A stretch of DNA of 64,000 nucleotides, taken from NCBI GenBank assembly GCA_030141605.1, contig JAQGDQ010000439.1:1-64000 (forward strand), written 5' to 3'. A model generated the notes under the pieces. That model made no database searches. It was not told where the DNA came from and was given only the letters and a program-made list of their open reading frames with translations. Each line of letters starts with the position of its first letter. Within the stretch, counting starts at the first letter, position 1. A program made the translations under genes and the position numbers. This document shows positions 11,844-22,585 of this stretch, in pieces. Source of the stretch: Tubiluchus corallicola (Eukaryota; Animalia; Priapulida).

Positions 11844-13101
11844 TTGTTAATAATATTTTATCTGTAAAGTGCAGAAATCAACAATTATTGTCATCGGGTA
11901 CTGTGTGATAGAGGAAGCTGCAAAAAATTAATTTTATTTTCTGTGCAGTTAAACAGTGCTATTCCAACCAGCGTTTTGTCAAAATTACAATTATTAACCA
12001 AGACACAATTCTTGTTATTTTGTGAATCTTTCTGCACAGATGAATTATACTGTCGAGAAATGTGCTAGTATGACGTATCTCGAGGCACTGTGTCTATTTT
12101 TATGATAAATCTGGGTTTTTGGACCCGCCCTACCAAACAGGTTAACGAATGAAGACACAACTATCTTGTATGAATGAACAGCGTTGTACGTGGTCTTTTT
12201 CTGACTAATTTTACTTATTCATACCGAGTAGGCTTCCCACTTGTCCTACTGTCATGCCCATTTATTTTCAGAGTTTGTGTTGAGTTGAGTAGTACTGTGG
12301 CTTCCCCAGCACTACACGTCATCTCTGGAGATTCCTTATCAAGGATATCCTGTAGCCTTAGTATAAAGTACAATTTACTTACGTAGTATGTAATATCATA
12401 AATGTATATCAAATTATGTGAAATCTAAGTTGTACACTTTCCCATCATGTCATGTATTAACCTTTGTTACTAAAAAGAGCTTCCGTCATTATAATATAGT
12501 AGGTCGGCGTATCTGTGCTTTACTAACTTAAATTACTAAAATAAATCACTTCATGCAAACATTGTAAATATCACAATGTAAAATCTTTGCAATAACTAGG
12601 CGCACATTTTAATCTGTTGTTGTTTGGTTTTCTGGTGGGCATTACAACAATATAGAGAGCAGCAATGCTACTAATTTCACATTTATTTGGTTCAGGATTC
12701 GGTTTTTGAATTTTTTTGGCAAAATTTAAGCACCAGTCTGGCCCTCCTGCCTTTACGATAAAAATACCAACAAATCAACATATCGGTTAAGCAGTTTTTT
12801 TTGTTTTCGACATAAAAAATTACAGATCAAAGATGTTTTATTAACTGTCTTTTTAATTACTTAAAAGTAGTTTGACAGCCATCGTGGCTGGACCTATAAC
12901 CTTAAAAACTTCTTGGTGTTAAACCAAATTAATCATTAGAAAGAAATTTCATCATTTGCACATGCGCATGATTCTAAGCTGCGCACCTACAGATAATAAT
13001 TATGACAACTAGAAGTCCGACGTGACAAAACTCTATTTGAGGAAGACGTGTAGTTGCATTTGAATATTTTATGAGAGAGAGCTAAAGAGAGAAGAAGGCT
13101 G

Positions 13102-13191
13102 ATGATGTTATCCGAACAGGAAGTTAACTTTAGTAATGAAACAGTGCCAGAATTTCTGCCTCCATGGCTGCCGATTGGAATCTTTTATCGG
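13102..13191 (+). CDS. Class A GPCR, exon 1 (N-terminus)
   Basis: MMLSEQEVNFSNETVPEFLPPWLPIGIFYR|gtatta. Two N-glycosylation sequons; phase 0 joins the acceptor at 13763. Confidence 0.7.
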
Positions 13192-13489
13192 GTATTAGCA
13201 ATGTTTTGACAAACTTGAGATTTACTTTTGTAGAACTGGTTGTAAACTTTACGATTAGCTGTCGTGTCTGTATTAATTGAATATTGTTCTTTAATGCCGA
13301 TTTTCGAGAATGCTGTTGTTCATGTTACTCGCTTCTGCTGCTATTGTGTGGTCGTAGTCATTGTCGTCATTGTCATCGCCGCGTGATTGTAATGATCCTT
13401 TTTATTGCTGTTTTTATTTTTGTTTTTGTGGTTGTTGTTGTCGTAAACATTTTGTAGTTTTTTGTAAACATTTTCTTAAATGGTTAAAT

Positions 13490-13556
13490 TAATTATTATT
13501 ATTGTTGCTGTTGCTGTTGCTGTTATTTTGTTGTTGTTGTTGTTGTTGTTGTTGTT
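13490..13556. repeat. (ATT)/(TTG)/(TTGCTG) simple repeats in the GPCR intron
   Basis: Visible directly. Confidence 0.85.
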
Positions 13557-13762
13557 CTATCAACATTGCTGCCACCGTTATCATCGTTGTTGTTGTTTTC
13601 CTGTCCTTAATAATCGCTGTAATTGCTGTTGTCACTATTGTTCTCGCTCATTTCTGCTGCTGATGGCATGCCTTGCTATTGTTTTTTCTATTTGCCCAAA
13701 GTAGTTATACCAATTGAGCTCTGCAATGTTTTCTAATTGATGACATTTTTTAAATTTTTCAG

Positions 13763-14617
13763 ATTTTTTTGTCCTTTGCAATTGTTTTGCTGAACGCAAC
13801 TGTGATTATTGCCATTTTAAAAGAACGACATTCTGAATTTCGTCAAATAAAGTACTTGTTTGTCATAACTCTTGCTACAGCTAACCTCATGGTTGGAGTT
13901 CTGTATGTCATGTATGTAATCATACGTACAGTCAAAGCTTTGCACATACTGGAACTGTGCATCACTTATTGGGGATTATTGTTTGCCGCTGGACAAGTAT
14001 CTAACATCACACTGCTATCCATAGCCACAGACCAGTACATAGCTATTGTCCATCCGTATCTTTACGAGAAAATAGTCACTGAGCACAGAGCAAAAGTATG
14101 TATCTTGATTTATGTCCCTGTTTCGGTCTTCTACTCATTACTAGTTGTTATAAACGATGCTGAGACTAGTCAAGGGTGTCGTTTTGTAAACGTATATCCA
14201 TTTGAGATGTTAATATCAATGAACTTAACATTGGTTTACATTCCTTTCGTTATCATGGTTGTCCTGTACACTCGAATTTTCTTCATTGCACGTCGACACA
14301 TTCGGTCCATTCAAGCTCAAGCTGAGCAAGTCAGTGTCGAAGCCCAGCCTGGAAACGTGAAGAAATATAAAAAGGAAATTAACATTGCAGCAACATTTGC
14401 TCTGCTTGCTGCCATTTTTTTCTTCAGCAACCTATTTTTCTTCACACAATCGGCCATTAACATTGCCCAAGGAAAATTCGTGTACAATATACAAAAATCT
14501 GGATCACTTGTGATCATGAGAGTGGGTTCCGATCCAATCATTTATGCATTACGACATCAGCAGTTCAGGAAGGCATTCAAAAGGGTTTATACTAATTGCT
14601 TTAGACAAGTTGACTAG
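13763..14617 (+). CDS. Class A (rhodopsin-like) GPCR, exon 2; resembles adenosine/amine/melanocortin-type orphans; ~314 aa in total
   Basis: Seven hydrophobic segments; TM1 N, LATANL, IATDQYIAIVHP, YTRIFFIARRH, DPIIYALR and helix 8 FRKAF; acceptor tttttcag at 13755-13762. Confidence 0.93.
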   Translation: MFLSFAIVLLNATVIIAILKERHSEFRQIKYLFVITLATANLMVGVLYVMYVIIRTVKALHILELCITYWGLLFAAGQVSNITLLSIATDQYIAIVHPYLYEKIVTEHRAKVCILIYVPVSVFYSLLVVINDAETSQGCRFVNVYPFEMLISMNLTLVYIPFVIMVVLYTRIFFIARRHIRSIQAQAEQVSVEAQPGNVKKYKKEINIAATFALLAAIFFFSNLFFFTQSAINIAQGKFVYNIQKSGSLVIMRVGSDPIIYALRHQQFRKAFKRVYTNCFRQVD

Positions 14618-15029
14618 TGGATTCTGGTAATGTCATTTTCTTCACTGCTGACCACAACAAATGTGCCACCCTTGGACACTTCTGTTAGTACCCAAACTAG
14701 ACAGCGTCAAGTGTCAACATTTCATGGTAATGTGTCGCAAAAATAACGCAGCAGTTTGAAAGGGTCCCAAATGCTTATGTGATTTGTGGCGTTAGTTACC
14801 AGTACGTGAGAGCAAATTTAAGCAGAGAACAAATCCAGCACTGGTTTTCGTAAGGGCCGAATTGACGTATGTATATCACTGGTTAGCAGAAGGATTAGAA
14901 ATAATAAAAAAGGGTGAGCAAAATTAACAGTAGTAGATGAGTGTTTGAAGACTTTGTAACTGCAATGGGGTTCTACACAGCTTGTTGGTCCTAGTTATAG
15001 ATAATCCGCTAGATGTTGAGCCCATGCCC

Positions 15030-15878
15030 AATGCAATGTTATACACATTGGGAATGCTAATCCGGGCCATGAATATCACTTCTTTGGCTCTTATTTACCC
15101 GTCGAAACAAGTGTGCGTGATCTTAGTGTTATAATTTCTCATGACCTGAAATGGACAAACCCATGCATTGAGGTAGCTACTAAAGCCAATAGAATTACAA
15201 ATATGTTGTTTAGAATGTTTTCTACTGTTGATAAAGACATGTTCTTAAAATCGTTCATAGTTTACGTAAGACCTATTCTAGAGTATTGCTCGCCAGTCTG
15301 GAATCCAGCTTTATTGGGGAATGATGACCGCATTGAAAGTGTACAGCGATACTTTACTCGACGCCTGTTTTATAGATGTAATTTAATGCATATGCCATAT
15401 CCTAAGCGTCTGGAGATTCTGCATCTAAAGTCTTTAGAGGAGAGACGCATTCAAAAAGATTTATGCTATCAAATTAAACACAGAGAATTTGATGCCGACT
15501 TTGACAAATTTTTACCCATGTATATTGCAATAGAACAAAGGCAAAATCATTCTCTGAAGATTTCCGTGCGTCGAACAGCTAAAGTATCATTTTGCCAATT
15601 TTTCTCAAATCGTGTTGCACCGATTTGGAACTCATTGCCTGCATATGTTGATGGTGCACAAAATATTAATTTATTTAAAAACCGCTTATATAAAGTTAAC
15701 TTGCATAAATTCCTTGCACACAATAGACACATGTAAGCAGTTAATCTCTTTGTGTCTTTACCACACTCTTGTGAATATTTTATTTGTTTGTTTTTGCCAG
15801 CGTGTTTTATATTATATTGTTTTTACTGTAGACTGTATTTTACTATTGGGTGTGAATAAAATAAAATACAAAATAAAT
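15030..15878 (+). mobile_element. 5'-truncated CR1-clade LINE (RT C-terminal region and 3' end)
   Basis: RDLSVI, VRPILEYCSPVWNP, IESVQRYFTR and FFSNRVAPIWNSLP; ends in an AATAAAATAAAA-rich tail. Confidence 0.9.
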
Positions 15879-17510
15879 GCCTGTGTGAGCGTTGGTCGTA
15901 CGGGGCTTATATGCCTTTCCTGTAATTAGTGCGTCCTGTAATTAGTTGTCGGAATATAGTGACGCAGACTAGTGATCGCGAAGCTTTTTAAATTTCCGTG
16001 CCCGTCGTGGATCTATAGTCAGTAAGTTTGTCTAGCGAGCCTGGATTCTGATTTTCACCACAGCATAACTGTCGTTGTTATTATTCTATGTTGGCTTTGG
16101 CAATGATTCTGTAGATTCTGACAATAAATGTTTAAACCGTTAATTATATATTGCGTTTTTTAAAGACAGTCTCATGTCAATCCCACTGAAATGCCGAAGA
16201 GACCCACAGACTATTTAAATTCCATATACCATTTTTGCAACAGCCAGCTCTGCCTACATGAAATTCCAAACAAAAGTTTAGGACGGGAAAAATAACAATA
16301 ATAAAGCCATTTTATGTTGTTATGCACAATATATACCCTCTATTTGCAAGGGAAACTTCTACTTGCATACACAGTTACACATTTAAGATTGCGGCTACAA
16401 AGTTAATGTATAGTCCCTAAACATGATAATTTCAACAGGAAAACAAAAAATAATAAAAAAAAATCACTTAAATTTACAGTGTCATTGGATACGCAAGAAT
16501 AAGGGTGAAAAAATTACATACAGAGTCTGACTTATATATCAAACTTTATGCAAATAGCTATAATTAAATAATGGAAACTGCATTTCCAAATTAATCTATA
16601 ATGTTTTTAGTAATCAAACCTTTAATAACATTTGCAAGTGCATAACAAGCATTTTTGCTCGATAGCAGTATAATATCTTTTAGATCAAAACTTGGCATAG
16701 CTATTCTTATTTGTTTTTGTATGTTTGTTCTTACTAAGGGCATAGAAAAATTCAATGTGTTGGCGTTTGTATGTCTGTCTTACAAACACACCTATTGGTG
16801 TCCGTTAGGCTTACTAAATTGTAAAAACTATTGCAATCATGTCCTAGGAGCAAATTTAGTGCAGCTGATTCTGTTCAGCGTCCGTGCATTTCTGTGCGTA
16901 ACTTAAGTGGATTAGGAAATACTGTAGATTTATTTCTGCCACTAAATATTTTCTACCTCCGATGTTGAACTCTTTTGGACCACAAAGATATGAAAAAATG
17001 GGACAGATAGAAATACTTGTAGAAGAATGGAAGGCAGTAAACCGTGCAGAGCAAAATGTATAAAATTAACAGGAGAATTTAAATGAACGATAATGCCAGT
17101 TTCTAAATAAATTGTAAAAATCAATATTGTTTTTTTGGAGTGTCAGTTCAAACCAAATGTGGACTGTGGAGGGCGTCAAGGGCTGATACTGTCACAACTT
17201 TACTGCTAAATTTATATAAACAATATTGTATACTGCATTAATTATAATACTATTAATAATAATAATAATAATAATATGAATATTAATAATAATAATAATA
17301 ATAATTGTAATACCTATAATGCCAGAAATAATATATTATTTCAAATAGTGGATGACACATCAAAATGCTTGAATACTGTTTCACTACAAAAATTAAGTTG
17401 TAAAACGTTTAAAACGCCACTATGACTGTCGCACATTAATGGGAAATAGCAGTCTAAAAATTATAAGGAAAAGGACTGGGTGGCAGTTGGGATAGATAGC
17501 ACAAGGAAAA

Positions 17511-18900
17511 AGAGAGAGAGATTTTATTTCTTGATATTTTAGTTCATTTTACAAAATACAACATTATACATTTAAAATCAATTAAAAAATAAAATAAAGA
17601 CATTTACAAAAAATTAATAACGATGAATAAATGAGATCGTTACAGCGAAAGAAAAGTTACACAATAATAATGAATTAATGGAACAATACTGGTACAACAG
17701 AAATCGAGTTAATTACAGTGTAAAGCTGTACGCCAATTTCTTCTAGTACGACCTGTAAACGCTATATCACAGTTTAATATGTACCTATATAATTGATTTT
17801 GATTACTATTTAATCTTTTCTGTAGACTATAGACATATTTTGTATGTATAACTACGTCGTAATAAATTAATCCATAGCTTACACACAGCGTTCTAGCACT
17901 AGCATCAAATGGTTGATTAAAAAGTTTGTGTAATGATGTATTATAAGCAACTTTTAAAGCATACAAATTATAATTATAGTAGTTGCGCCAGGTAGCCATG
18001 CAGTAAAAGTTCGTACAGCAAGAAGTGAATAAAAAATTGTTTACACGAACTGAACAGTAACTAAATTTGCATGTTAACTGGTTAGCTCTACAATAAAATA
18101 AGGACCGCTGCCGGAGAATGTCTTGGTCATCTTTATTATCACATGATGTAATGCGCCCTTTTCAGGCATTACATTACAGATAAGTACTTTTCTTTACCAA
18201 AGGCCTGTACAGCGTTACTATTTGTTGAGTATGTAGTAAGTTAGCAGCTGAACAATATTTCAGTATCTGTGAGTTTTAGAAACAATTTAAAATAATTAGC
18301 TCTGGCATATGCTTTAGCAGCACCTATAAATGAAAGCTGTACGGAATTGCCCTGGTAACATAATAATCTATTATTTCTTTTAGGGTGTTAACACATATTT
18401 CTGTGTCAAGTTTCTCAGTGAAGCCAAACTGATTAGGCGTGGATACAAAACAGGTTTTATAGCGCCCCAAAATATCGTTTTCCTTGATTTTGCAAATAAC
18501 TGCAGACAGAGCAACACGCCTATAGTTGTTTTTTGCAGTAATTTCGATATATTTTGTACTTGGAACTAAAGCTGACAATGTCATAGAATTAGGTATATAG
18601 CAATGCATGCCAAGTAAAACAAAGCCAATTGAATACATAGTAAATAAGGAGCATAAACAAAATGTCCAATTTGTAAGCCATTGGACCCAGGTGATTTGCC
18701 CAGCGACATGTTTTTAATAGCGCAAATATTAGAGTTAAGTTTAGTTTGTAGCTGTTTGGCGAGGTCCGTATTGTCAACAGAACTAAATAATTCTTTATAA
18801 TGGCCAACCCGCATATCACATATATCAGGCTCTCCGGTTACGTTATGACTACTTGTCGGAAGTGGGATCTTTGAATTAGTTTCTAATTTTACGCCATCTT
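17511..18900 (-). mobile_element. Degenerate non-LTR retrotransposon
   Basis: Fragments KSPGSNGL, NNYRRVAL, NQFGF and NFYCMATW...LKVAYN; AATAAA plus (CT)n tail at ~17511-17530. Confidence 0.85.
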
Positions 18901-18947
18901 GTCTGCCATAATACCGTCTTTATGCATTTTGCACTCCCATAGAGCAT

Positions 18948-19190
18948 ATTGCTATTGCTCTATCAGTACATTGCTATTGTTTTACCTATTAGTACATTGC
19001 TATTGTCTTACCTATTAGTACATTGCTATTGCTCTATCAGTACATTGCTATTGTCTTACCTATTAGTACATTGCGTCTTACCTATCAGTGTGAGAAAATA
19101 GTTGCTGCTTTTAGAGCAAAAGTTGCCATCTTGATTTATGTGACTATCTATCTAGTTTACTTGCAATTGATTGTTTTCGTCAATGACAAG
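18948..19190 (+). pseudogene. Fragment of a paralog of the 13.1-kb GPCR (TM3 end to TM4), with an internal 22/26-bp minisatellite
   Basis: QYIAIVLP...EKIVAAFRAKVAILIYVTIYLVYLQLIVFVND versus QYIAIVHPYLYEKIVTEHRAKVCILIYVPVSVFYSLLVVIND; also similar at DNA level to 14032-14158. Confidence 0.85.
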
Positions 19191-19929
19191 GTTGGATTAC
19201 CCTATAAGGGGGGGGGACATACCATACTCTGCATTGCGGACTTTAAAAAAGAAGGCTAGGAATTAATGCAAGTTAGGCACCCCTGCAGCTGGTACGTTCG
19301 GGACATTTAGCTACAGCTGCATCTAAAACTGTTGTGGGAGAAGCTCAACTTTTCATTAGTTAGCAGGAGAAATATTGGCCTGGTTCTAGATTTTGTTATT
19401 GTCAATTGAAATTGCTAGTGAATCTTGGAAATCTATAGTCTAGTTTCGTTTATAGGAAGAAATGCACAATGCTTACATCTATGAGTTGCTGATTAAACCG
19501 TTTTGCAATCAAGAAAATATGCAGCTTAGTTTATTTTATGGCTTTGCAAGTTTATGGCTTTGCAACTATTTGATTAACTTTATATAAGAGCAAAACGAAA
19601 TGTTTTCTTTTCTGGCCAGTTTTTTTTATAAACCTCAATGAGATCTTCACAGTCAAAATTAACTCAAATGTGATCAAAACTTAATCAATGCAATATTAGT
19701 GGTTATATATTTGTGGTTATAGTCATGGTTAAAAAATACCATTTGGACTTATGTAATTCTAAGCTAACTGGCTTATTATACTTATATCTTTGTATTTTTA
19801 TGAAAAATGATTTTTTGGCTACTAGAAGTATTAATTTCGTGTCAAAATAGCTGCTGCTCTGCAAATTTGTGTTTATGAAAAAGTGCAATCAGTTTATATG
19901 CTGATTAGGCATTACTTATGACTGTCATG

Positions 19930-21000
19930 CAGGAATACAAAACAACAGAGAGCGCTTGGAGCAAATACTAGCACTACATCTACTAATCGAATATGCGAAA
20001 GTGAAAAGAGTAAAATTTTGGATATTCTTTGTTGATTTTAAACAAGCCTACGATAGATATCCCGGAATAAGCTGATCTATTTACTGAAAAATGCTGGGTG
20101 TGGTCGAAGATTTTTGATAACGATTAGAGAAATGTATAAGAGCACACGTTTAGCATTAAGAACTGCTATCGTTGATACATCAATTGGTGTGAAGCAGGAA
20201 GGGCCAACGAGTTGTTTGCTCTTTGTGTTTTAACTAGACTTCATGGTACTTAAGATTTGCGTGTACGGAATAGATGGCTTCCTTGGAAATCTCCGCACGC
20301 TTTTACTGATGGACGACACTGCTATAATTTCTATCAGTAAACAAGCATGTGCTGCAAAATTTGAATTATTACTGGAGTTTTGCAAGGATTACGGCATGGT
20401 GGTAAACAAAGACAAGACACAATTTATAGTCATTAATAATTCCCTAAGCATTTATGTCTTACTCTAATTATATTCCAAAGGATTTACGCGAGGTGATTAG
20501 AAGGAAGGGTTTAACAAAAACACGTTTTCAGACTTATGTATCTCTCATTCCGTCACTTAAACAGTACCAGGCATATACTAATATGGCCGATCGCTGCAAA
20601 TTAATTTCAGCCGGTTTGTTTTATCTGCACATCACTTGAAAGTTGAAACAGGAAGATGGGCAAGACCCCCATTTGCGAAGATGAAGTACAAGATGAGTAA
20701 TTCATAGTAACAAGACGTAGAGTAACAGAAGGAGTGCGAACAAAATGCAATATGACTTTTAAAAGCACAGACGATCTGTATAATTTAAAAGTGGAAACAT
20801 GTGCAAAAGTAATTACAGATATACTAAATTTATTGCCATGATAATCTCGTTACAATACTATTGTATAGTATAAACGTAATGATGTATGTAGAATGAATAT
20901 TTACTGTTATTATTATTATTATAACTATTATGTTGTGAAGTATTACCTGGACTAATGTCCATAAACTACTACTACTACTACTAATAATAATAATAATAAA
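19930..21000 (+). mobile_element. Degenerate, internally deleted non-LTR retrotransposon (RT)
   Basis: FVDFKQAYD, GVKQEGPTSCLLF, LLLMDDTAI, NKDKTQFIV; (ACT)n(AAT)n tail at 20965-21000. Confidence 0.85.
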
Positions 21001-21432
21001 CTAACATGATTTAAGATAACAGTGTGAATTGCCTGAGGTGGGCAGGGCACAAAAATGCTTCTGTATAATTTGAAATTCGTCCATGTTTGCTTGACAGAAG
21101 ATAAAGATAAAATGACTTCGGAAGAAATTATAAGGATATATTAAGTTGTGCACCATTATGCCCATAGTAAATGAACCTTTATGGCTTGCAGCACTCGGTT
21201 ACGATTGTAGCTTTTCATCCTTTTTATAAGGTTTGCTTTGTCCAAAGTTTAATTTTGTCCATTTGCTTTGTCATTAGAAATCCTTGTCAATCCTTAGAAA
21301 TATATGCAAGCGACAAGAAGCCCAAAGCTGTTTAAAATGTCAAACAACTACGACAGCTTCAAGTTTGTGGCAGTGAATAATATGGTCGCTGCACATCATC
21401 TTTTTCCGCAGAAAGTATTAGAAGCAAAATAC

Positions 21433-21818
21433 TGTACTGCAGGGCTGTGATGGGATAGTGTAATACTGGCAGGGGAATACAGCAGACTTCTCAGGTGTGC
21501 GTGTGAACGTGGCTTTAACTAGCACATAGACTCTTATTCTGATCTTGTGTTAGTGGGAGCCACTAGTCACGTGCACACCTGAGCTTATAAAAAGGGTAGG
21601 TCTGCTGTAGATTCTTGTCAGTGGTCGTCTCATCTCATCTCAGCTCTGTTCGCACTTCAGGCTTTGCTCCATTCGGTAAGCTATTTGAAACTTTTTGTTT
21701 TGGTAATAAATCGTCATTTTTATTTTATTCATTTTGGTTTTGGTTTTTGAGACATGCCGCACAAGTGTAGGCCGCGGTGCTATCCGTTCTGCCTCCACTA
21801 AAAGCGGAAAGCAGTCCA
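21433..21818 (+). repeat. 5' LTR (386 bp)
   Basis: TGTACTGC...GCAGTCCA terminal inverted repeat; TATAAAA at ~21586; AATAAA at ~21705; matches 31598-31984. Confidence 0.95.
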
Positions 21819-21819
21819 C

Positions 21820-21840
21820 TGGTGTCAGAACAAGTGGGAT
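21820..21840 (+). promoter_or_regulatory. Primer-binding site, tRNA-Leu type
   Basis: TGGTGTCAGAACAAGTGGGAT, 1 nt after the LTR; equals the TGGTGTCAGAAGTGGGAT Leu-type PBS with 3 extra nt. Confidence 0.8.
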
Positions 21841-22570
21841 GTTACCCTCATCTGAGCATGCCGATTATTGTACTATGGTTGATGTTGACTTAGAACGGTT
21901 ACAACACCGTCAGCTTGCCGATTTTCTATTAGAACAGAGTGTGTATTCTTCTAATGGTCAAGAATTAAGGGGCGCTGCCTTAGATTCTACGGAACATTGC
22001 TATAGTTTTGATGTTAGTTGTACTAATAATGAGGATGTATTGTCGATCTGTGCTTGTAATACAACTAATCCTTTTGTTACTTGCCCTGTGCATAACCTTT
22101 GTACTGAAAAAGAGGCAAAGCCAAGGTCAGCTACCTTTGCTACCTGCTACTTCACAACATTCCGCTTCCCAGCCTAGCGCGAGTACTTGGGGCATGTCTA
22201 ATATTGATTTTCTTTCAGGGCACGCGGCTAGCGATCCAAATGCAGCATTGGGCACGCGAGTTAGTCCAAGTAATCAAAATTTTGGGCAAAACTTCGCGCC
22301 AGATACTTATCAAATCAGACAACAGTTGTCTAGTATTTCTGAGAGTTTTCAAGACCTGAGAAATGTGGTTGCTACGCTGCCTCAGGCAATTTCCAGTGCC
22401 ATTTTGGATTTTACCGCATGTCGCGAACCAGAGACGCATACAACAGGTGATACTTTGGCAAAGAAGCCTCTTTTGGGTTCTACCCCTGTAATGGCGAATA
22501 CTGACACTGCTGACGCGCAGCATCAAAATCAAGGGTCTAGCCAGATTCAAAATGGACAGAACGCAGTAGA
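21839..22570 (+). pseudogene. Probable gag N-terminal remnant (two overlapping frames)
   Basis: Lies immediately after the PBS; open frames 21734..22177 and 22008..22589; no diagnostic motif seen. Confidence 0.45.
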
Positions 22571-22585
22571 CGTGAACTCCTGGCC

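Noticed and set aside
16942-17124. LNSPVNFIHFALHG on the minus strand resembles a GPCR TM7
   Set aside because: A single short motif with no other recognisable helices.
18948-19089. Short regularly spaced repeats resembling a CRISPR array (also 61831-62078)
   Set aside because: The units are directly adjacent with no unique spacers, there are no cas genes, and the context is eukaryotic.
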